Shown piece by piece: positions 9,430 to 18,426 of a stretch of 64,000 bases of DNA. Under the pieces are notes generated by a model. The model was not told where the DNA came from. It did no database searches and saw only the letters and a program-made list of their open reading frames with translations. The DNA lies in the IMG/VR virus record IMGVR_UViG_3300042564_002302, positions 26,416 through 90,415 of that record; one strand, 5' to 3'. Position 1 is the stretch's first letter; every line of letters begins with the position of its first letter. The translations under genes and the position numbers were made by a program. This DNA comes from a virus.

Positions 9430-10990
9430 GTTTGAAGATGAAAAAGACCTTATTGAAATAAGTCATTCAGGAGATCTGCCACTTAACGGACAGATGGATG
9501 AATATGGAGATCCCTTCAAGAGGGACTTTGATTCGATAAAAAAGATGAATGGTTTCAGCACTAACTTTAAAAAGAAGTTAGCCAGAACAGATCTCAATAA
9601 ATTCTTGCGTGGCAATGGTTCAGAAAGTAATGCAATCATTGAGCCATTTATGATTACTGGCTATAGCATATTAGACGTTGTGCAGCCACCTTACAATATG
9701 GATTACCTCTCAAAGATTTATGAAGTTTCTTCAGCTCACTATGGAGCGGTTAATGCAAAGGTTGCAAACATTGTTGGCTTGGGGTATGACTTTGTTGAAA
9801 GCCAGGCTACAAAAGAAAAGCTTGCAGATATAACAGATGATGTGCAGCTTGAGAGAGCACGTAGAAAGCTAGAGAGAATTAAGATTAGTCTTCATGAGTG
9901 GCTAGAGTCTACTAACGAAGAGGAAACTGTAGTAGAGACATTGTCTAGAGTCTGGAAGGACTACGAGACAACTGGAAATGGTTATATTGAAATCGGCAGA
10001 AAGAATACTGGAGAAATTGGATATATTGGACATGTGCCAGCGGCATCTATGCGTGTTCGTAGACTAAGAGACGGCTTTGTTCAAATCATTGGAAATCAGT
10101 CTGTATTCTTTAGAAACTATGGATCAGAAGATGATACTAATCCAATAACAGCAGACACTAGACCTAATGAGATTATCCACCTAAAGAACTATACACCTAC
10201 AAATGGATATTACGGTGTTCCAGATATTATTGCTTCAAAGAATGCTATGGCTGGAAACGAGTTTGCTGCAAGATTTAACCTTGACTACTTTGAGAATAAG
10301 GCTGTTCCAAGATATATTATCACAGTAAAGGGTGCCAAGCTTTCAAATGATTCAGAGAAGAAGCTGCTAGAGTTCTTCCAGACTGGACTAAAGGGTCAAA
10401 ATCATAGATCACTATATATTCCACTCCCAGCAGATAATCAGGACTCTAAGGTTGAGTTTAAGATGGATGCGGTTGAGGCTGGAGTTCAAGACTCTTCCTT
10501 TAATAACTATAGAACAGCGAATAGAGATGAGATATTAATGTCTCATCGTGTTCCAGTAAATAAGATTGGAACACCTTCTGGCGTCTCACTTGCCAATGCT
10601 CGTGATGCAGACAAGACATTTAAAGAGCAGGTATGTCGTCCAGCACAGAAGAATCTTGAAAAGAGACTTAATAAGATTATCTCTGAAAAGACAGATATGT
10701 TCCTTCTTAAGTTTAATGAGCTTACCCTTACAGATGAAGATACTCAGTCAAAGATTGATGAAAGATATCTTAGAATGAAGGTTTTAGTACCAAACGAAGT
10801 AAGATCCAGAATGGGTCTTCCAGGAATTGCTGGCGGAGACGATCCAGTAGAGCTAAAGCCACAGCAGGCAGCAGAGCAAACAGCTCAAGCAAGTGGCAAT
10901 AGAAATCGTGATCAGCAAAGACAAGGTAATCAGCCAGATGTATCTGGAGAGGGAAGAAATGCTCAAGGCGATGGAAGACAGCAAAATTAG
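9419..10990 (+). CDS. Portal protein
   Basis: DYETTGNGYIEI, EIIHLKNY..YYGVP, YFENKAVP, NEVRSRMGLP; position at the start of the head module. Confidence 0.92.
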   Translation: MATEFEDEKDLIEISHSGDLPLNGQMDEYGDPFKRDFDSIKKMNGFSTNFKKKLARTDLNKFLRGNGSESNAIIEPFMITGYSILDVVQPPYNMDYLSKIYEVSSAHYGAVNAKVANIVGLGYDFVESQATKEKLADITDDVQLERARRKLERIKISLHEWLESTNEEETVVETLSRVWKDYETTGNGYIEIGRKNTGEIGYIGHVPAASMRVRRLRDGFVQIIGNQSVFFRNYGSEDDTNPITADTRPNEIIHLKNYTPTNGYYGVPDIIASKNAMAGNEFAARFNLDYFENKAVPRYIITVKGAKLSNDSEKKLLEFFQTGLKGQNHRSLYIPLPADNQDSKVEFKMDAVEAGVQDSSFNNYRTANRDEILMSHRVPVNKIGTPSGVSLANARDADKTFKEQVCRPAQKNLEKRLNKIISEKTDMFLLKFNELTLTDEDTQSKIDERYLRMKVLVPNEVRSRMGLPGIAGGDDPVELKPQQAAEQTAQASGNRNRDQQRQGNQPDVSGEGRNAQGDGRQQN

Positions 10991-11000
10991 TCTACCAATA

Positions 11001-11033
11001 TTTGCGTTTTAATCATCTAAGCGATATTATTTA
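11001..11033 (+). promoter_or_regulatory. Putative late promoter TTTGCGTTTTAA-N8-GCGATAYTATTTA (copy 1)
   Basis: TTGCGT (11002) + 17 bp + TATTAT (11025); near-identical copy at 16862. Confidence 0.7.
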
Positions 11034-11039
11034 TACACC

Positions 11040-12590
11040 ATGGAAATATTAAAAGCCAACTGGACAACAGATGGGGATAGCATTAAAATTGCTGTTCCGT
11101 TCTCCAAAGTCGACATTGAAAAGCGTACAGTATCAGGTTTCGCTACCCTAGATAACGTAGACTCACACGGAGATGTTGTTACATCAGAGGCAAGCGTATC
11201 TGCATTTAAGAGATTCAGAGGCAACCTAAGAGAAATGCATCAGCCATTGGCTGTAGGAAAGGTTGTATCGTTTGAACCAAAGGATTACTATGATCCAGCA
11301 GATGGAAAAGTTTATAGCGGCGTATATGTCACATCATACGTTTCAAAGGGTGCACAGGATACTTGGGAAAAAGTTCTTGATGGAACACTTTCTGGATTCT
11401 CAATTGGCGGAGCAATCAAGTCAGTAGAAAACGAATTCGTCGCAGATAAAGATGCTATGGTTAGATTTATTAAAGACTATGACCTTGTAGAACTTTCACT
11501 AGTTGATAACCCAGCAAACCAACTTGCAAATATCTTTTCTATTGAAAAGGTAAATGGAGAAATGGTTATGAAGGGTATGGCAACAGAAGTCAACGCAGAA
11601 AATATTTTTTGGTGCGGAGACGATTTTGTAGCAATAACATCTTCACAAGATAACGCTAGCTGCGAGTCTTGCGGAACAGAGATGGAAAAGGTTGGATGGG
11701 TTGAAAAAGATGCAGAGGGAGACACAGTAGAAATTAGAGATGTCTCAGAAGAATATTTCTCAAAGTCTGCATTCAAATCAGGAGATTTTGTTTCATGGAA
11801 TATATCAAATGGAACAGCAAGAGGAAAAGTTTTAAAGTATAACAAATCAAATATTATAGTTGAACTATATCGTCCAAGTGGAAATGGTTGGTCTACAACA
11901 GAGAAGTCAATGTCAGTTGACATGTCTGCACTAAAAAAGATCTCACCACTTAAGGTAAACACAGAAAAGAATTCTGAGATTGACAAGGTCACAGAAGAGC
12001 GTCGTGAGTCTATTAACGGCGGCGTTTTAAATAAAGAAATAGCCAAAGAAGGAGGTACAGACGTGGAAGATACAACTAATGTTGCAGCTGAAGAAGTTGC
12101 AGTAGAAGCTACCACAGAAGTAGCCTCTGAAGCGGCAGCTGTAGAGGAAGCTGTTGTAGAAGAGGTTGCTGCAGAAACAGCTCCAGAAGGCGATGACACT
12201 GCTGTTGAAAAGGCAGCCGATATTCAGGAAGTCGCCGTCGAAGAGTTGGATTTCGCAAAGAAGCTTGATGAACTCAAGGATTTCTTTGCTGCAGGATTTG
12301 CAAAGAATGCGTCAGAAAGCGCTACTGGACTTGATTCAGTAAAGGCAGAAATCGCAGAAATCGCAAAGTCATCAGACGCTAAGTATGATGAGCTTTCAAA
12401 GAAGTATGATGAAGTTTCTGCAACACTAGCTGCACTTAAGGGTGGGCTTGATGTTACAGAGAAAAGAATTGATGCAGTTGAATCAGATACTGCTATCAAG
12501 AAGTCTGTTGATCTTGGCGGAACAACAGAAGAACCCATTAAGAAGAGTAAGTGGGGCGGCACATTCCTCGGTGTGCAAAACATTCTCTAA
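11040..12590 (+). CDS. Prohead protease fused to scaffold
   Basis: HK97-type protease motifs (VSGFAT..NVDSHGD, EMH, GFSIGG, LVELSLVDNPAN); acidic and coiled-coil C-terminus. Confidence 0.9.
   Translation: MEILKANWTTDGDSIKIAVPFSKVDIEKRTVSGFATLDNVDSHGDVVTSEASVSAFKRFRGNLREMHQPLAVGKVVSFEPKDYYDPADGKVYSGVYVTSYVSKGAQDTWEKVLDGTLSGFSIGGAIKSVENEFVADKDAMVRFIKDYDLVELSLVDNPANQLANIFSIEKVNGEMVMKGMATEVNAENIFWCGDDFVAITSSQDNASCESCGTEMEKVGWVEKDAEGDTVEIRDVSEEYFSKSAFKSGDFVSWNISNGTARGKVLKYNKSNIIVELYRPSGNGWSTTEKSMSVDMSALKKISPLKVNTEKNSEIDKVTEERRESINGGVLNKEIAKEGGTDVEDTTNVAAEEVAVEATTEVASEAAAVEEAVVEEVAAETAPEGDDTAVEKAADIQEVAVEELDFAKKLDELKDFFAAGFAKNASESATGLDSVKAEIAEIAKSSDAKYDELSKKYDEVSATLAALKGGLDVTEKRIDAVESDTAIKKSVDLGGTTEEPIKKSKWGGTFLGVQNIL
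12063..12590 (+). CDS. Putative nested in-frame scaffolding protein
   Basis: SD GGAGGT at 12051-12056, 6 nt before an in-frame GTG where the Glu/Ala-rich region starts. Confidence 0.55.
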   Translation: MEDTTNVAAEEVAVEATTEVASEAAAVEEAVVEEVAAETAPEGDDTAVEKAADIQEVAVEELDFAKKLDELKDFFAAGFAKNASESATGLDSVKAEIAEIAKSSDAKYDELSKKYDEVSATLAALKGGLDVTEKRIDAVESDTAIKKSVDLGGTTEEPIKKSKWGGTFLGVQNIL

Positions 12591-12612
12591 GAAAAAGGTG
12601 GTGAAAAAATAA

Positions 12613-13683
12613 ATGAGCAACGAATTGTTAGAAAAAGCAATTACAACAACAAACTTGGGAACCTCTGCTGGCGATGACGCTAGAGGCGGTCTCCTAAAGC
12701 CAGAACAAGCTAATCGTTTCATCGATTACATGTTTGATGCCACAGTTATTACTAAGGTAGCTCGTACTATACGTATGAGATCAGACATTCAAGAAATCGA
12801 TAAGATTGGCGTTGGCGAGAGAATCCTTCGTGTCGCAACAGAGGCACAGGATACTTCATCTGCACAAGGTGTAGTATTTTCAAAGATCTCTCTAGCTACA
12901 AAGAAGCTTCGTCTTGACTGGGAACTTTCAAGCGAATCTCTAGAGGATGGTATCGAGGGTGCAGATCTAGAAGATCACATTGCAAGAATGATGGCTACTC
13001 AGGTCGGAAACGACGTTGAGGATCTAGTTATCAACGGTAATGGTGCATCACAAGACCCACTTCTAAAGGCATTTGACGGAGTTCGCAAGTTGGCAACAAC
13101 TCACGGACACGTAGTAGATGCAGGTGGAGCAGCAATCACTAAGGGTATCTTCAATGATGCACTTAAGAAGATGCCACGTCGCTACAAGCAACGTCGCAAC
13201 CAGCTTCGCTTCCTTTCTGGTTCAAACTTGGTACAGGATTACCTGTTCAGCTTGACCAGCATTCCAGGAACTCCAGAAGATATCGCTTCAGGTATCGTTC
13301 GTGGTGACGTAGTCGCTAATAACGGAGCTCCAGGAGGAGTCATTCCTTACGCATTTGGTATTCCAGTAGTGGAAGTTCCAATGCTTGATGAAAACCAAAC
13401 TGGAACATACTCAGGTGCATCAGGAGCACACGGTGATATTCACCTTACATTCCCTGATAACGTACTTGTCGGTATCAAGCGTGATATCGTAGTACACCGT
13501 GAGTTCAAGCCAAAGAAGGATACAATTGAATACACATTGTTCCTTCGTGTTGGAACTGCAATCGAAAATCCAGATGCTTTTGTCGTCGTAAAGAACGTCA
13601 AGATCTCTGCAGGATACGATTCACGTGACTTCGCAGCCGCAACTGGCGGAAGCTACACAAACTATCCAGCAAACCGTCCATAA
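12613..13683 (+). CDS. Major capsid protein (HK97 fold)
   Basis: GGLLKPEQANRFID, ESLEDGIEG, DLVING; follows the protease; biased codon use; strong terminator downstream. Confidence 0.92.
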   Translation: MSNELLEKAITTTNLGTSAGDDARGGLLKPEQANRFIDYMFDATVITKVARTIRMRSDIQEIDKIGVGERILRVATEAQDTSSAQGVVFSKISLATKKLRLDWELSSESLEDGIEGADLEDHIARMMATQVGNDVEDLVINGNGASQDPLLKAFDGVRKLATTHGHVVDAGGAAITKGIFNDALKKMPRRYKQRRNQLRFLSGSNLVQDYLFSLTSIPGTPEDIASGIVRGDVVANNGAPGGVIPYAFGIPVVEVPMLDENQTGTYSGASGAHGDIHLTFPDNVLVGIKRDIVVHREFKPKKDTIEYTLFLRVGTAIENPDAFVVVKNVKISAGYDSRDFAAATGGSYTNYPANRP

Positions 13684-13703
13684 TAACGGTTTAAAGGTGC
13701 TTT

Positions 13704-13741
13704 GGAGTGGGATCCCTTAAGGGGGATCCCACTTCTCTTTT
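13704..13741 (+). terminator. Intrinsic terminator after capsid gene
   Basis: GAGTGGGATCCC-ttaagg-GGGATCCCACTT followed by ctctttt. Confidence 0.85.
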
Positions 13742-13783
13742 AGCTTCTATAATGATATAATTGTTACAAAGAATGGAGAAATA

Positions 13784-14176
13784 ATGTCATTTGACACTAT
13801 GAAATTATCTGAACTAAAGAAGGTCGCTGAAGATTTCGGCGTAGATTTAGAGAATGCAAAAACAAAGGCAGAGATTATTGCCGCATTAGCAGAAGAAGGC
13901 GTGAACTTTGATTTACTTGATAAGTTCACAAATGTAGAAAAAGAAGATTTGCCAGAGGCTCCGATGTTTGATAAACTATCAAAAGTTGATCTTGGATCTG
14001 ATACAGCCCTAGTAAAGATGGAAAGATTGAACAGAAGCTATGAGACGTTTGGCTTTACGTTTAGTCAGGACCACCCATTTGTGCCAATGCCAATGCATTT
14101 AGCCCAAGAGATTTTTGACAACGAAGAAGGATTTAGACTGGCTACCCCAAGGGAAGTCAACGAGTTTTACTCATAA
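13784..14176 (+). CDS. Hypothetical protein with Rho-N/HeH-like N-terminus
   Basis: MKLSELKKVAEDFGV...KTKAEIIAAL; preceded by TGATATAAT and RBS GGAG. Confidence 0.6.
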   Translation: MSFDTMKLSELKKVAEDFGVDLENAKTKAEIIAALAEEGVNFDLLDKFTNVEKEDLPEAPMFDKLSKVDLGSDTALVKMERLNRSYETFGFTFSQDHPFVPMPMHLAQEIFDNEEGFRLATPREVNEFYS

Positions 14177-14187
14177 GGAGATAGTAC

Positions 14188-15120
14188 ATGGCGGAGTTGC
14201 ACTACGGTTCACAAGGAATCATTCATTTTAATACCTTGATCGGTAGCCAATATATTGACTCATCATCTATAACTGCAACACTAAGGCCAAATCCAACAAC
14301 ATTGGTCCCTTCACCAGCAGCAGTAGCATTGACGGTTGTAAACGATGATGTTAATGAGGGTAGCTATTGTGCCTATGTGCCAAACTCCCTAACTGCATAC
14401 GGAGCATATAACTATCTAGATCTAGATGTTTCATACGCAATACCAGGAGATGCAACTCCGTCTACCCTAAGAAGAAGATACTACTTAGTAAAGCCATATG
14501 CACATATGGATGAGATCATCCACGAACTAGGATTTGGTATAGACACTTCAGATCCAAACTATAAGACAACATCTGAACTAATGGCTGCAGAAAGATGGGC
14601 TAGGTTTAAGATTGATGCTTATACTGGGCAGACATATGGAATTGAGACAAAGTCTGTCGAGGTAATTGGAGACGGCACCGATGTTTTGTTGCTACCAGAA
14701 AGACTAGAGTCATTCTCTCAGGTATCATGTGATGATGTAGTAATTCAGGATGCAACATTTAAGATTACTCCAACAAACTATGCAATAAGAATTAATAAAG
14801 AGCCAGGAATCGATGTGTTTGAGACATACCCTTATGTTTCAGATATTGCAACACCTGGATATTTTTCAAAAGGCAAGAGATATACAATAGCTGGTGTATT
14901 TGGATATGTTCACACACCAAGAGCTATTGTGGAATGCACTCTTAAGCTGGTTAATGATTTCTTCTGTCAGGATACAGTATGGAGAGATAAGTATGTGAAG
15001 AGAATGCAGACTGGAGATTACACAGTTGAGATATCACCACAAGCATTTTCAGGAACAGGTAACTCATCAGTAGACAGAGTGCTTGACTCAATGATAGCAA
15101 ACAGGATGGTCATTATTTAA
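14188..15120 (+). CDS. Head-to-tail adaptor
   Basis: ARFKIDAYTGQ, GVFGY...P..I, GTGNSSVDRVL; synteny. Confidence 0.7.
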   Translation: MAELHYGSQGIIHFNTLIGSQYIDSSSITATLRPNPTTLVPSPAAVALTVVNDDVNEGSYCAYVPNSLTAYGAYNYLDLDVSYAIPGDATPSTLRRRYYLVKPYAHMDEIIHELGFGIDTSDPNYKTTSELMAAERWARFKIDAYTGQTYGIETKSVEVIGDGTDVLLLPERLESFSQVSCDDVVIQDATFKITPTNYAIRINKEPGIDVFETYPYVSDIATPGYFSKGKRYTIAGVFGYVHTPRAIVECTLKLVNDFFCQDTVWRDKYVKRMQTGDYTVEISPQAFSGTGNSSVDRVLDSMIANRMVII

Positions 15121-15548
15121 TGAAGAGCTGCCTAGTCGGTTCAAATTTTTTCATGAAAATGGATATCTATGAAAGAATTACAACCCAGGATGAAAATACT
15201 GGAGCCCTAAAAAAGGTTTGGGGTTTTAAGTCAACCCAGAGCTGCCTTGCTCGTGGTCAGATTACCGATAGCGCAACTTCACCAGGAAGCAATGATAAGG
15301 TCGGAGAAAGATATTTTAATACAGAATTTATTAAAATAGAATCTCCAGTTAGACTGTCTAAAACGCAAAGAATTACTAACATAAGAAATCAGCAGAATGA
15401 GTATATCTGGATAGAGCAAGATAGCTACACACAAGATCCAACTGTGTTTGACGTACTTGGATGCATACCAGTTATGGACCCATTCGGCGCAATCATTTCT
15501 TATAACGTAACAGCCAAGCGTTCTGAGGTACAGTCAATTGAAAGCTAA
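15120..15548 (+). CDS. Head-to-tail stopper/closure protein
   Basis: Size and position; QDENTGA.KKVW motif. Confidence 0.6.
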   Translation: MKSCLVGSNFFMKMDIYERITTQDENTGALKKVWGFKSTQSCLARGQITDSATSPGSNDKVGERYFNTEFIKIESPVRLSKTQRITNIRNQQNEYIWIEQDSYTQDPTVFDVLGCIPVMDPFGAIISYNVTAKRSEVQSIES

Positions 15549-16326
15549 TATAATATCCCAGATAAAAGGAATAGAATCAGCTCTAGCAACTAAGAAGCCA
15601 GGAGCATTTTCTGATTCAGGCGGAACTGCAAAGATGGCTGCAGCAATATACTATAAAGCAGCTACATTAGAGTATCTATTAAATTCTGAAAGAACACAAG
15701 ATTCAGTATCAAATAAAATTTTTGGCCAGATAAATAAAGACTTTGGATCATATACCGATTTACTAGCAGCTAGCAATACGGCAAGACTACATCACGTTTA
15801 TGAATGGAAAAGGGCTGGAGATCCGTCAGCTAGACTATGGGTTTTAAAAAATACTCGTGGCAAAAATTATAATATGTCAATATCATATCAGTTTAAGCAA
15901 TCAAAAACTAATGTCCCAAATCAAAAGTCATTGAAGAAGTATGTGTTTAAAGAAAAAGCTAGAATAATGGAGTATAGAATTCCTGTACTCATCAAACCAA
16001 GATCACTTGGCGGAAGGCTGGTTTTTGAGGGAAGAGACGGAAAGACAATATTTATGCCAAAGGGTCGCTCTGTTGTAGTAAATAACCCAGGTGGAACAAT
16101 GGTCTATCAGGGCTTTTCAACCACATATAATAAGTTCTTTACAACAAAAATGGTATATGATTCAATAGAAAGATCTGGGGTGAAGAAGTCTTTAAGTTCT
16201 GCTAGTAAAAAGGCAGCAAAGCTTCCTTCGACTATATCTGGAAAACTAACATTTTCAAGAATATCTGCATCTGCAGTAAGGTCTTTAGCAAAGTCTAGCG
16301 CAAGCAATGCATCAAGGAGTATATAA
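15538..16326 (+). CDS. Neck/tail completion protein (basic)
   Basis: Position; LHHVYEW motif. Confidence 0.5.
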   Translation: MKANIISQIKGIESALATKKPGAFSDSGGTAKMAAAIYYKAATLEYLLNSERTQDSVSNKIFGQINKDFGSYTDLLAASNTARLHHVYEWKRAGDPSARLWVLKNTRGKNYNMSISYQFKQSKTNVPNQKSLKKYVFKEKARIMEYRIPVLIKPRSLGGRLVFEGRDGKTIFMPKGRSVVVNNPGGTMVYQGFSTTYNKFFTTKMVYDSIERSGVKKSLSSASKKAAKLPSTISGKLTFSRISASAVRSLAKSSASNASRSI

Positions 16327-16859
16327 TGGCAAACTATTCAATTAACGCATCATCGGCTATTCGTAATTACTTATGGGATCAGCTAAAGTCTCAAAACTCA
16401 GATGTCAATATAGGTCAAAAAATGTTTGATGAGCAAGAGTATGATTATCAAAATACAGGGAATATATGGATTCCGATATTTCCATCACAGCAAGAACCAG
16501 AACTAGACGGATTCTTTCAAAACAAAAAACATATAATTTATAACTATGTGGCAGATGGCTACGAGGACAACTGGCTTATTTGCAGAGACTCAATGCTATT
16601 CACTATATATTCAAGTAACTACTCAGAGATAGTAGAGGTCCAGGAGTTTATGCTAGACCTATTTAGAAGAATGGATGATTCAGCTAAGGATGTCAATAAC
16701 TACCTTGGTCAGACATCACCCTTTATATTCTATTCAATTAGCCTTACAGATATGCTTTCCCCAGAGCCAGAGGTGGAAAAGGCAGGCTTGATGGCAGGTC
16801 AGGTAATGATAAGATACAAGTATGGGCGAGTAGTAACAAAGGCTGGAAGATTCGCATAG
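16326..16859 (+). CDS. Tail terminator-like protein
   Basis: Directly upstream of the major tail gene; size fits. Confidence 0.55.
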   Translation: MANYSINASSAIRNYLWDQLKSQNSDVNIGQKMFDEQEYDYQNTGNIWIPIFPSQQEPELDGFFQNKKHIIYNYVADGYEDNWLICRDSMLFTIYSSNYSEIVEVQEFMLDLFRRMDDSAKDVNNYLGQTSPFIFYSISLTDMLSPEPEVEKAGLMAGQVMIRYKYGRVVTKAGRFA

Positions 16860-16861
16860 GC

Positions 16862-16894
16862 TTTGCGTTTTAACCCAAAAGGCGATACTATTTA
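16862..16894 (+). promoter_or_regulatory. Putative late promoter (copy 2)
   Basis: TTGCGT (16863) + 17 bp + TACTAT (16886); same flanks as the copy at 11001. Confidence 0.7.
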
Positions 16895-16968
16895 CCTATC
16901 GAGGATTGAGCTTAGCCAGCTTACTTAGTAATAAAAATATTTTTCCAATTTAAATGGAGGTGGAATAA

Positions 16969-17646
16969 ATGGCAACAACAGACGTACGTAACGTTATCGT
17001 CGGTGCAGCAGAAGTTTTCGTTTCAGCGAAGGACTCAACAGATGTACCACTATGGCCAACATATGCACTACCAACACTAGAGGCAAATAAGCCAGCAGCA
17101 TCCAAGTTTGAAGCAGACGCAACAAACTGGAGAGGCGTAGGATTTACAACTGAAGGTATTGAAGTAGCATACTCACCAGATTACGGTGACATTCAGGTTG
17201 ACCAGTTGCTTGATACAGCTAAGCTGTTCAAGCAGGGAATGACAGTATCGATTAACACAACTCTTGCAGAAGCAACACTTGAGAATCTTCTCGTAGTTTT
17301 TGCTCAAAAGGGTTCAACAAAGAAGAAAGACGCATCTGTCTCATCAGAGTACTTTGGTGGAGGAACAGGAGCAGAGTCTCTCGGAATTGAAGCAGGTGCA
17401 CTTGGTCAGGAGCCAGTAGAAAGATCATTGGTCTTTATTGGTAACGCTCCAAGAACTGCAACAGGTAAGAAGCGTGAAAGAATGTACCACATTCGTCGTG
17501 CTCTCAACGTTGAGGCATCATCACACTCATACCGTCGTAACGAAGCAACAGTTTTCCCAGTTTCTTTCCGTTTGCTTCCAGACTCATCCTTCTCAGGAGC
17601 AGAGTACGGAACAATCGTAGACAGACTGATCGAAGCAGCTTCATAA
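16969..17646 (+). CDS. Major tail (tube) protein
   Basis: SD GGAGGT; NVIVGAA, VGFTTEGIE..Y.P...IQVDQ, TTLAEATLENL, FPVSFRLLPD. Confidence 0.88.
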   Translation: MATTDVRNVIVGAAEVFVSAKDSTDVPLWPTYALPTLEANKPAASKFEADATNWRGVGFTTEGIEVAYSPDYGDIQVDQLLDTAKLFKQGMTVSINTTLAEATLENLLVVFAQKGSTKKKDASVSSEYFGGGTGAESLGIEAGALGQEPVERSLVFIGNAPRTATGKKRERMYHIRRALNVEASSHSYRRNEATVFPVSFRLLPDSSFSGAEYGTIVDRLIEAAS

Positions 17647-17676
17647 TTAAAAATTAATATATTAGTTTTTAGCTAA

Positions 17677-17711
17677 CAAGGGCCCCCAGGAGACTGGGGG
17701 CTTCTTGCCTT
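17677..17711 (+). terminator. Intrinsic terminator after major tail gene
   Basis: GCCCCCAG-GAGA-CTGGGGGC followed by ttcttgcctt. Confidence 0.75.
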
Positions 17712-17765
17712 AGTACCTTTTATTTAGTATAATTATAGAGATCTTTCAGAATAGGAGAATACACC

Positions 17766-18098
17766 TTGGCAACTAAGGTTTATGAAACATACGAAATAGA
17801 ACTACAAGACGGCACTGCCGTTACACTAAAGCCACTTCCAATTAACTCTTTAAGAGAGTTTATGGGTCACATGGGCAAGCTTGATGGCACTTTAACAGAA
17901 GGTGATGCAGTCGATGTACTTATCGATGCAGCTGCTGTTGGAATAAAGCTATCCGCACCAGAACTAGCAGCAGACAAGAATCGTCTTGGCGACGTTCTTG
18001 ACATGCCAACAATAATGAAAATTATTGAGGTGTGTGGAGGCATTAAGATGGATGACCCAAATTTAATGGCGGCGGCTCTACTAGCTGGTCAGAACTAG
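17766..18098 (+). CDS. Tail assembly chaperone (G-like)
   Basis: Lies between the major tail and tape measure genes; TTG start with AGGAG RBS. Confidence 0.8.
   Translation: MATKVYETYEIELQDGTAVTLKPLPINSLREFMGHMGKLDGTLTEGDAVDVLIDAAAVGIKLSAPELAADKNRLGDVLDMPTIMKIIEVCGGIKMDDPNLMAAALLAGQN
18056..18065 (+). other. Programmed -1 ribosomal frameshift site
   Basis: C CCA AAT and overlapping A AAT TTA (both X XXY YYZ). The -1 frame is open from here through 18418. Confidence 0.8.
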
Positions 18099-18418
18099 AT
18101 TTAGTCGCCATTGAATCTGAGGCATTTCTTCTAGGCCTCTGGAAAAACTATGAAGAGCTTGAGTCTTCGATATCTATGCCAGAGCTTTTAGCAATACTAG
18201 AAGCAAAGAGAAAAGCAGATAACGAAGAAAAAAGATTTCTTGCATCATTGCAAGGTATTGATCTAGGTAAGGAAACTGCTCCTGCTGGAACAAAGACCTT
18301 GGAAGATGTACAGAAAAAGGTACTTGATGAACATGCAGGTATCGATGATTCGATGTATGACCTGATGCAAAAAGACGGTTTCGGAATTGGCGCAGGGTTA
18401 GGATATCGTCAGGAGTAA
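18056..18418 (+). CDS. Tail assembly chaperone frameshift extension (GT-like)
   Basis: -1 frame reads ..FNGGGSTSWSELDLVAIESEAFLLGLWKNYEELESSISMPELL..., continuous with ORF 18176-18418. Confidence 0.8.
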   Translation, partial: PKFNGGGSTSWSELDLVAIESEAFLLGLWKNYEELESSISMPELLAILEAKRKADNEEKRFLASLQGIDLGKETAPAGTKTLEDVQKKVLDEHAGIDDSMYDLMQKDGFGIGAGLGYRQE

Positions 18419-18426
18419 TAGTGTAA

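Noticed and set aside
11980-12032. Internal promoter for the scaffold (TTGACA; GCGTTTTAA)
   Set aside because: No -10 at the correct spacing.
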